This document shows, one piece after another, positions 50,938-61,274 of a stretch of 64,000 nucleotides of DNA (position 1 is its first letter; the number at the start of each line of letters is the position of its first letter). The DNA is from Mobula hypostoma (taxonomy: Eukaryota). A program made the position numbers and the translations under genes. Under the pieces are notes generated by a model. That model did no database searches. It saw nothing but the letters and a program-made list of their open reading frames with translations, and was not told the DNA's origin. Location: assembly GCF_963921235.1 (NCBI RefSeq), contig NC_086097.1, positions 51,400,001-51,464,000 on the forward strand. Direction: 5' to 3'.

Positions 50938-52455
50938 CAGGGGTAGGCAACCTACGGCCTGCGGGCCAGATCTGGCCCGCGAAGGTATTTTGACTGGCCC
51001 GCGAGCAAATATTGGGATACTATGCCTATCTGACCCACGAGCGATGTTTCCTTATTCTGAGTGTTTCACGCGACCACACTGATGGACATGCATGGCATCT
51101 TGTTACACTGCCCCAGGTTCCGTTTTGTTCCAAACCAAACACTGTTATATACAAATGACGGGAAGGCAGACTACCTTATTAATATGTATTAGATGCTGTC
51201 CATGCACGCGCAAGTTTTCAGATGGGATTGTTCAAATTTGTAAACAGAAACAGCGTCACTGTATTTAACGAGAAATCCACACTAAATATCCAGATACTTG
51301 CATGTGCTACGAAACTTGTTGAATAACTCGCATTTCAAAATAAAATCAAAGGAAAAAATTCCAATGGCAATGAATGCAAAATGCAGGAAGGTAGACACTG
51401 AGTGCCGAAATTTCCAAGACACTTGGACACTAGATTACTTCTTCATCGAACAAACTGGGAAACCAATTTGTCTCAATTGCCTAGAAAATGTTGCTGTGAA
51501 GGTGGCGAATATCAGGTGACATTACGAGACCTGCCATAGTGGAAAGAAAGCTGCAATTGTGGGAGTACCAGCTTCAAAAAGGAAATTGTGCACATTTTCC
51601 CACCTTTCAAAAAAGTAAAGCACAAGATACAGGCATTTTTGTGAATATGGTCCAAGAATTGAGAAAAGAGTTTTCATCTCATTTTGCTGATTTTCGCTTG
51701 CATGCAAATGAGTTTAAGCTGTTTGCTACTCCATTTGATGTGGAAGTGGACACTGCATCAGATATTTTTCAAATGGAATTTATTGAGATGCAGTGTGACG
51801 ATGTATTGAGATCGAAATTTCATTCTGAAGATGTGTCAGTGCTTGACTTCTATAGAAAATATATTCATCCAAGTGGGAAATATCCTAACTTTGTGGACTA
51901 TGCAAAAAAGATGACATCATTGTTTGGCAGCACTTATCTGTGTGAGCAATTATTTTCAAAAATGAAGCACACCAAGAAGCATTTGAGAACAAGATTGACT
52001 GATACCCAACTGAATAATGCCTTGCTCTTGGCATCAACAGGTCTGACACCTAATATTGAGAAGCTTTCAAGCAACAAACAGCATCAAGTTTCACATTGAT
52101 TTATCGACTGTTTGCATTAAAATTTTCTTTATTATACTTAATTTACCACCATTCAATGCATCATGTTCATACATTTTATGTTTAAAAATTCTTTGTGTCC
52201 TTTTAATAGATTCAAGATGCCTTGATTGAAATAAATTGCAACTAAACTGAGTTCTTTGATTACTAATTGGCATCCTTGGTTAAGCACAAATGATTTTCTA
52301 GCATGTGTTAGTCATTAATTTGAGGCAAAACATAACTAGATGTATTTAAGTGGATAATTCCCATATTTCAAGTTTTTTATGGCATTTATCTGGCCCACCA
52401 TCCACTCATTAATACACGATCCGGCCCACAGAGGCAAAAAGGTTGCCGACCCCTG
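50938..52455 (+). mobile_element. hAT (Charlie group, GTF2IRD2/SPIN-like) transposon, internal deletion derivative
   Basis: TIRs CAGGGGTAGGCAACCT and AGGTTGCCGACCCCTG. N-terminal RKVDTECRNFQDTW...PICLNC is joined to C-terminal FGSTYLCEQLFSKMK...QHQVSH. TSD not well matched. Confidence 0.85.
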
Positions 52456-53149
52456 CCCTACGGATAAAGTGAGAGGATCACTCTGTTCACGTCAACTGTC
52501 AAATTTCATCCAGTATGCAGAGATCATTCCCATATTTAAAGGCTACTTACAACAACACCCAATATTAAAACCCTATACCCATTCACCCTATCTTCTTGAT
52601 AAATTGGTTTATTATTGTCACATATACTGAGGTACAGTGAAGAAGCTGTTTTGTATGCCATCCATACAGATTATTTCATTACAACAATGTATTATTGTAG
52701 TATAAGGGAAATCAATAACAGAATGCAGAATAAAGTGCTACAGTTACAGAAAAAATGTAGTGCAGGCAGACAATAAGGTACAAGGTCACACAGAGGTAGA
52801 TTATGATACTGAGAGCCAAAAGTTACTGCATTTTCTGGTAAAATGAAAGCACCAAGAGTTAAAAGAACCTTATTGTAGCAAGGGGACGATGGCAGCAGGT
52901 GAATAGCTGAAGGTATATCAGTATCTTCATTTTCTTCTTTCACATTGACCTTGAATCATCGAGGAAGAAGCTAGACTCTTTAAATGGTTTCTCTTGCAAG
53001 ACCAACCCTTACTGTTGCACAATATTGTGCAGACAATAACCACATTGTAGACCCTGGCTAGTGTGTACTGAAGTTTGTGACAGGTTTTTTTTATGTAAAG
53101 TGTAGATCAGTAATAACATCTTCTTGCTGACAATCAACATAGGTGAACT

Positions 53150-55185
53150 TTAGTTCAAAGTAAATTTATTATCAAACTGCGTATATCACCATATACAACC
53201 CTGAGATTTGTTTTCTTCTGGACATACATTGTAAATCTAAGAAATCACAATAGAAATCACACCCCTCAGTACGGACACACAGCCAATGTGAAAAGAAATA
53301 CAAACCGTGCAAATACAAAAGAGAAAATAATAAATAAATAAACAAACAAACAAGATATAAATATCTCAAACATGAGAAGAAGAATCCCTGAAAGTGAGTC
53401 CATGGGTTGTGGGAACAATTCAGTGATGAGGCAAGTGAAGTTATCCCCTCTAGTTTAACAGCCTGATGGTTGAGGGGTTGAAACAGTTTCTGAACCTGGT
53501 GGAGTGGGTCCTAAAGCTCCTGCAATTTCTTCCTGATGCAAGAGGGCAGCATGACCTGGGGGTCCTTGATGATAGATGCTGCTTTCCTGTAACAGTGCTC
53601 CATATAGCTGCGCTTAGTGGTGAGGAGTGCTTTACCTGTGAAGGACTGGGGTGCATAAGCTACTTTTTGTAGTATTTTCCGTTCAAAGGCATTGGTGTTT
53701 CCGTAAATGTTTGTCAAAGTTTTAGATGCATGCTGAATCTTCATAAACTCCTAAGCAAGTAGAGGCGCTGTGCTCTCTTTGTAATTTTACTTATATGCTA
53801 GGCCCAGGACAGATCCTCTGAAATGATAACACTGAGACACTTAAAATCGCTGACCCTCTCCACCTCTGATCCTTCAATGAGGATCTCCGGTTTCTTTCTC
53901 CTGAACTCAATAATCAACTCCTTGGTCTTGCTGATATTGAGAGAGGTTGTTATGGCACTACCCAGCCAGATTTTCAATCTTCCTCCTAAATGCTGATTTG
54001 TCACCATCTTTGATTCAGCCAACAGCAGTGACTTAAATATGGCACTGGAGCTGTGCTTAGCCTCAGTCATAAGTATAAAGTGAGTAGAGTGGGCGACTAA
54101 GCACACGGCCTTGTGGTGCACCTGTGCTGATGAAAATTGTGGAGGAGATGTTGTTGCCAATCCAACTGACTGGGGTCTGCAAGGGAGGAAATCGAGGATC
54201 CAATTGCACAGGGAGGTATTGAGGCCAAGGTTTTGAAGCTTATTGATTAGTTCTGAGGGGATGATAGTATTGAATCCTGAGCTGTAGTTGATAAAGAGCA
54301 TCCTGATATATGCATCTTTGCTGTCCAGATGTTCCAGTGTTGAGTGAAGAGCCAATGAAATGGAATCTTTTGCAGACCTGTTGTGCCAGTAGGCAAATTA
54401 GAGTGGATCCAAGTCACTTCTTGGGCAGGAGTTGATATGTTTCATCACCAACCCTGTATGATAGTCACTGAGGCAGGTTACTAGGTTACTCTTCGGCAAT
54501 GGTATGACTGAAGCGTGCTTAAGCAGGTGGGTACCTCAGACTGCTGAAGTGAGAGACTAAGGCTATTGGAAAACACACCAGCCTATTGATTAGTACAGGT
54601 CTTTAGTAATTGCCCAGGTATCCCATCTGGGCTTGATGCTTTCCATGGGTTCACCTTCCTGAAGGATGCCCTCATATTGGTCTCAGAGACTGAAATCACA
54701 GGTTTATTGGGGGCTGTGGGAGTTCGTGAAGGTTCCTCTGTCTTGATAATTAAAGCGAGCATACAAGGCATTGAGCTCATCCATGAGCAAAGCTTTGTTG
54801 TTACTTATATTGTTTGATTTCACTTTGTAAGAGGTAATAGCATTCAAATCCTGTTGAGTATCCCCGTGACTCAAATTTGTCAGGAATTGCCACTTCACAC
54901 ATGAGATGGCTTTCCGGAGAACTTACCTGGACCTTTGGTACCTGAATGCCACTGACATGGCCCTCAGCAGATTGTAGATCTCATGGTCCATCCAGGGCTT
55001 CTGAATGGGAAAGACTGAATGATTTTGTGTGTTCACACTCTTGTATGACTGTTCTTATAAAGTCCGTGACAACTGTTGTCTATTCATTCAGATCCTCTGA
55101 TAAGTCCCTGAATACAGCCTAGTCCACTGACTCAAAGTAATCCCGTAGCCACTCCTCTAACTCCAGTGACCACCTCTTTGTTGTC
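53150..55185 (-). mobile_element. Rex1/Babar LINE, degenerate
   Basis: [50 protein letters not shown]. Confidence 0.82.
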
Positions 55186-55234
55186 CTTAACTTTAGAGCC
55201 TTGCTCTTTAGCCTCTGCCTGTATTATGGATTCA

Positions 55235-56118
55235 TGGTTAGCCAGCTGCTCTACTCTCTCTACATTCATGACTTTGTGGCAAGGCACAGCTCAAATACAA
55301 TCCATTAATATGCCAATGAGAACACTGTTGTTGGCAGAATCTCAGAAGGCAACAGGAAGACATACAGGAAAGAGCAAGGTAGATTGGCTGGTTGTCTGGT
55401 GTTGCAGCACAACCTTGTACTCAATGTCAGCAAAATTGAGGAACTGATAATGGATTTCAGGAAAGGGAAGAAAGTACACCAGTTCTCATTAAGGGGTCAG
55501 TGGTGGAAAGAGTGAGTAGCTTCAAGTTCAGAACATAAACATCTCAGACTATCTGTCCTGGGCCCAACACATTGATGCAATCACAAAGAAGGCATGCCAG
55601 CAACTATACTTCATTGGGAGTTTGAGAAAATTTAGTATTTCATCAAATACTTCTGCAAATTTCTATTGATGTATGATAGAGAGCATTCTGATTGGTTGCA
55701 TCACTGCCTGGTGTGGAGGCTCCAATGCACGGGATCGCATTGCAGGCTGCAGAGGGTTGTAGACTCAGCAAGCTCCATCAAGGACACCTTCAAAAGATGG
55801 TGTCTCAAGAAGGTGACATCCATCATTAAGGACCCTTATCATCCAGGACATGCACTCTTCTCATTACAACCATCAAGGAGGAGGTACAGGAGGCTGAAGA
55901 CCCACATTCAACATTTTAGGAACAGCTTCTTTCCTTCTGCTATCAGATTACTGAATGGTCCATGAACCCATGAATACTACTTCACTGTTCCTTTCTTTTG
56001 CACTACTTAATTACTTATTTACATTGCAACTGCTAGTAATTTATGTCTTGTATTGTACTGGTGCCACAAAACAAACAAATTTCATGACATATTTCAGGGA
56101 TAATAAACCTGATTCTGA
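55235..56118 (+). mobile_element. Rex1/Babar 3' fragment
   Basis: IIKDPYHPGHALFSLQPSRRRYR...FRNSFFPSAIRLLN; tail AATAAACCTGATTCTGA. Confidence 0.8.
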
Positions 56119-56248
56119 AAACCTTTCGGCCTGGCACCTACTGTATTTAAGTCTGCTTCAGAGTATGGACAGGGTCAGGAATCTGGAATGCCAAAGGACA
56201 ACTGCATCATGGGAAGACTGTTTGCACTTGCATATAAGTTGCTTAATG

Positions 56249-58249
56249 CAGCGGTTCCCAACCACTGGGCTGCGGACCGGTATCGGGCTGCAAAGCATGT
56301 GCTACAGGGCCGCGAGGAAACGATATGATTTGGCGATATGAGTCAGCTGCACCTTTCCTCATTCCCTGTCACGCCCACTGTTGAACTTGAACGCACGCGA
56401 GGTCATCAGTTGGTCATTAACCTGCAACTACTCGATGAGTAAAAAACAAACGTCGTTTGAGAGTTTCTTTGGAAGAAATGGTAGGGGACATAAAAGGCCT
56501 AACGATGATGATAACGCCGAGACAGCTGAGGCCGAGACTGCAAAAAAAGAGAAAGCTTCCTTCAACAGAAAGTACGATGAGTCGTACATAAAATATGGCT
56601 TTATTGCGACCGGTGACTCGCACGCTCCAAGCCCCCTGTATGTGATATGTGGAGACAAGCTGTCTAATGAGGCAATGAAGCCTTCAAAACTACTTCAGAA
56701 CCTTGAGGCCAAGCACCCTGCACTTAAAGACAAACTCTTTGAGTTGTTTGAGTGGAAAAAACGTGAGCAAGCGGAACAGAAGCAAGTGCTGGGAGCCACC
56801 ACCTCCACAAATGCTGCCGCTCTGACAGCATTGTACTTAGCGGCTAGCCGTATTGCTAAGGCTAAGAAGTCTTTCACTGTTGGTGAAGAATTGATTCTGC
56901 CTGCTGCCAAGGACATGTGCCGTGAACTGTTGGGAGAAGCTGCAGTTAACAAGATGGCACAGGTTTCTCTTTCAGCTACCACAGTTTCAAGGAGAATTGA
57001 CGACATAGCGGAGGACATCGAAGCACAGTTGTTGGAACGGCTTAACGAATCTGCTTTCACCACCCGAGTCAAAGAGGTTGCTCCTGAATGCCAGTCTACA
57101 CACTGTGTCACACACAGGGAATGCCGGCTAGCTGAAAAATGTCACCTGACCTTAACAGCGTATTGAGTGATGCTGTTGAAGTTATCAATCACATCAAAGC
57201 AAAAGCCCTGAACTCATGTCTGTTTGAGCAGCTTTGTGAGGAAATGGGTGCAGACCACAAACGCCTTCTCTTACACACTGAAGTCAGGTGGCTATCAAGG
57301 GGGAGAGCCCTGGCCAGGGTTTTTGAGATAAGAGAGCAGCTACAGAGATTTCTTTCAAGAAAAATGTCACCACTGGCAGCACACTTCAGTGACAAGGAGT
57401 GGATAGCAAAACTCGCTTATCTGTGTGACATCCTCAACCTGCTCAATGAACTTAATTTGTCACTTCAGGGGAGAATGACAACTGTCTTCAAGTTGGCAGA
57501 TAAAGTGTCTGCTTTCACAGCCAAATTGGAACTGTGAGGACGGCGAGTGGACAGGAGCATATTTGACATGTTCCCAACATTAGCTGAGATCTTGGGAGAG
57601 ACTGAGGATGCACTGTCCTTCTCACAGCTGGTGCGTGACTGCCTATCTTCGCTGTCGACAAAATTCGAGCGTTACTTCCCAACCGTAAATGACCCAAGAC
57701 GTGCAAAGGAATGGGTCCGTGACCCATTTGTGAATGTCCCCGGGGAATCATCCATGTCAGCGAGGGAAGAAGATCAACTCCTCGAGCTTGCAAATGACGT
57801 GGGCTGAAAAGTATGTTTGACATAACATCTGTGCCGGCATTCTGGATCAAAGTCAAGGCTGAATATCCTGAGATAGCCACGAAAGCACTGAAAACGTTGC
57901 TTCCATTTTCAACATCATATCTCTGCGAAGCAGAGTTTTCTGCCATGAATGCAACAAAAACTAAATTGCGGAATAGACTGGACATAAGGAACCCCCTTAT
58001 AATTGACTTTTCACTATATTCATGCGAGGAAAATATGTGCTCTGTGTTTAATATTAAATTCGTTAGATAAACCCTTCTAGAAACAAAATTGAGTGTATTA
58101 GCCACTGATAAGTAACTTATAGTTGACTTATCACCTATATTCCAGTCGTGATTAACACCCCCCTCCCACCCCAACCCCCGTCAGCCGGTCCGCAAGAATA
58201 CTGTCAATATTAAACCGGTCCGCAGTGCAAAAATGGTTGGGGACCCCTG
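56249..58249 (+). mobile_element. hAT Buster-group transposon (Charlie3/MER1-like), 2.0 kb, both ends intact, internally deleted
   Basis: TIRs CAGCGGTTCCCAACC and GGTTGGGGACCCCTG; perfect 8-bp TSD GCTTAATG (56241-56248, 58250-58257); MSKKQTSFESFF...MKPSKL...GEELILPAA...HCVTHRE...HTEVRWLSRG...SYLCE. Confidence 0.92.
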
Positions 58250-59927
58250 GCTTAATGAATGGGTTATAAAATTTACCATTCTAGCAAATGGTAATTTGTT
58301 AGAAATTTGACACCCACCCATAGTTAGTAGGGAGTAATCTTCAATTAACAGACTGCACCTGGCATAATGGATAATTACTCCAGTTTAAAATTTATGGGGA
58401 ATCAGCTAAAGTGTTTAAACTTCGGGAAATCTTCAGTAAGTCCCACTAGGATAAAAGGATGTTCTAATTCAAGGAGAACCTGATCATTTGAAGTTACCAA
58501 ATTTTAGAAAACACATTTTCTATTTTTTATCATTTCTTGTCGTGTTCAGATATTCAAAAATAAACTCCTCAGTTAAAAGTTCTATCTTGCTTTTTTCAGA
58601 ATTTATTTCTTCTTCCCCTCCATCACACAGAGGTGCATAACAAGCCAATACATTATATAACCTTTCTACTTATTCATAATTTGGTTAATGACTCTTAATT
58701 ATCCAAAATCAGTCTGCTTCAACAGTGAATGCCTGAGATACCAACTTTCTAACTTCTGGAAACTGTTTCAATAATCCTTGACACTTCTCTTCCCTCATTG
58801 GTTTTCCATCCCAAACTGCTGTGACTTGGCATCAAATGTGTCTTTGATATCTCCTGTAAAATGACTTCCAATATTAACACTAACAGGCATTACATCAGTT
58901 GTTGATGCTATGATTCCAATTTTTGATACTTTTTCAGCAAAGAAGGAAATATATTTATATGAAGGCACTGGATCAGTATCGCTAATAGTAATCAACTGAT
59001 ATGTCTACACATTTTTGTTTTCCTGGGTTTATTGCCATAAGTTTACATTGATCTTGTAATAACCTTGAAAATATTCAAAAGGGTTGGGGAATTGAGAGTT
59101 GCTAAATGTGAAAATATCAATACGGGTTAGTAAATATAATCACAAAAATGCTTTTTTGTTTGGCTTACTTAGATCTTCCCTTTAAAACTAAAAATAATTA
59201 TTTACCATTTGGCTGGTGAGCAAATCAAAAAATATTTGATATCAGCAATTGGAGAAATTGAAGAGACCTAAAACTCAGAGTGTGCAAATTGTAGTTGTGG
59301 AAGCAGTAGTTGTGGAAATTTTGTATTTTAGCTATTGAACCATATTTGTTGGACACTGTCCATGTGAATATACTCTATCATACAATGCCAAAGTAGTGAC
59401 ACTCTTTTTATCATGACACTTACACAGGGTTCCCAGTTATTCTGGTCGATGTAGGCTAAAACCAACAATTAATTCCCTAAGAGTGTCTATTCCTCCAAAT
59501 GGAGAAAACAAACAAAGTTCTTTTGAGGTTGAGACAAAATGCATATCAATTAGAACTATAACAAATGTTATATACTTTAATAGGTGCTAGCAATGCCTGA
59601 ATAGGCCTTTTAGAAGGATGTAGAAATGTAAATGTGGCATTGTGACTCGTCCAATTTGACATCTGATATCTTTGTAATGTGTGATATATTTTTGTGCTGT
59701 GGACATGCACTCACTAAGCTAATGAACTAGCAATAGCAATTTGAATTTTGCATTGCATTGACTCAATCAGAAAAGGATAATACAGTTTACCTTTGGTACT
59801 AGATGGCAGGCAAGGACATGGTGGGATGAAGGGCCTATTTCTGACTTGTATTATTCTGTAATTTATTCCATCAACTGTTTTCCTTTCAAACAATAAACCA
59901 GCTATGTTTTGAGTTACCAGAACTCAC

Positions 59928-60071
59928 CTTATCAGCAAAGGAATCATAACAAATCCTAACATTATCCTTACAACCAAACTTAGAAGACTTGAAACGACGA
60001 ATAATATCTTGGAGGGAGGCAGCCACGACAAAATACTCCTGCTTCAATCTCAACTCTTTGCCCTCAAAAAA
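59928..60071 (-). CDS. PYGL: Glycogen phosphorylase exon 8 equivalent (144 bp)
   Basis: cag|[48 protein letters not shown]|gtgag; missed by the ORF track. Confidence 0.95.
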
Positions 60072-60297
60072 CTGAGAACAGAAACAAGAGAAATATATTC
60101 ATTTGCATAAAATGTAAAAAAATGTATTTAATCCTTTTTCAGATTTCTGTCATTGAACTAAACCTCAACCTCCTTTAAAGTTATTAAACTATATTCTTCA
60201 CTGTCCTTAAAAATGAACAATTATTTAATATTTTGACAACTCTGTAAGTTGTATACATCATGGGTTTGTTCCCAAATATTTCCAACATTACAAATAA

Positions 60298-60945
60298 TCA
60301 TAAGACTATAAAACATAGGAGCAGAATTAGGCCATTTGGCCCATCAAATGTTCTCTTCCATTCCAACATGCCTGATTGATTAACCCTCTCAACCCCATTC
60401 TCCTGCCTTCTTCCTATAAACTTTAATACCATAATGAATCAAGAACCTATCAAACTTCACTTTAAGTATATCCAATGCCTTGTCCTCCTCAGCTGTCTGT
60501 GGCAAAAAATTCCAAAGGCTCACCAGCCTCTGGCTAAAGAAACTCCTCCTTATCTCTGTTCAAAAGGAATGTCCATCCATTCTGAGATTGTGTCATCTGG
60601 TCCGAGAATCCCCACTATAGGGATTCATGCCCATTCTATCCAGGCCTTTCAATATTCAGTAGCTTTCAACAAAATCCTCTCTCATTCTTTTAAACTCCAA
60701 CAAGTACAAGCCCAGAGCCATCACATTCTCCTCAGATATTAAACCTTTTATCTCTGGGATAATTTTCAGGAAGTCATCTGGACCCTCTCCAACACCGGTA
60801 CATACTTTCTTAGACATGGGGCCCAAAGTGCTCACAATACTCCAAATGTGGTCTGGCCAATGCCTTATAGAACCTCAGAATTAAATCCTTGCTTTTACAT
60901 TCTAATCCCACTCAAAATGAATGCTAACATTGCATTTGCCTACTG
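60298..60945 (-). mobile_element. Degenerate CR1 3' fragment
   Basis: CATAGGAGCAGAATTAGGCCATT tail, same type as 5620; ORF2 C-terminal remnants. Confidence 0.65.
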
Positions 60946-61274
60946 ACTGTTTAGCTTAATTACAACTCTTCATTTTGTTTATATCTATATGATAAAGCAA
61001 AATGAAGAGGTGCAATTAAATTACACAATCAAAAAGAGAAAGAAGATAAATACTACAAAAGAACATATCAAGTTGTTAAATGTGATCAGTAATCTTTTCT
61101 TCTCCAGTTGATGCTTAACATAATCAGAATGAATGAATTGGTATTTCTGAATTTTTTTCATCATCAACAACCATTTAAAATCCAAGAATAAAGTCAACAA
61201 AGGGAAAATAAAGCCCAGATCAACTCAGCACGTTAGCAGCAATAAGTGAACCTTCATCAGAGTCTTCTTTCTGA

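Larger units (their letters stand above)
3186..60071 (-). other. PYGL: Glycogen phosphorylase gene (PYGL-like), partial: span of coding exons 8-16; the gene continues beyond both window ends
   Basis: Nine GT-AG exons total 1114 nt with the sizes and phases of vertebrate PYG exons 8-16. Motifs include [57 protein letters not shown] and GGKAAPGY. Liver-type residues ([41 protein letters not shown]) favour PYGL over PYGM/PYGB. The paralog call is less certain than the family call. Confidence 0.9.

Noticed and set aside
51539..52099. GTF2IRD2/EPM2AIP1 host exon
   Set aside because: It is inside TIR-bounded transposon sequence with an internal deletion and has no supporting gene structure.
56381..58070. 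Host gene of the ZBED5/SCAND3 type
   Set aside because: It is flanked by TIRs and an 8-bp TSD, and has frameshifts, stops and a deleted catalytic region.
58700..59000. Possible extra exon or nested ORF (ITISDTDPVPSYKY...)
   Set aside because: No recognisable homology, stops nearby, and phosphorylase exons 8 and 9 join in frame without it.
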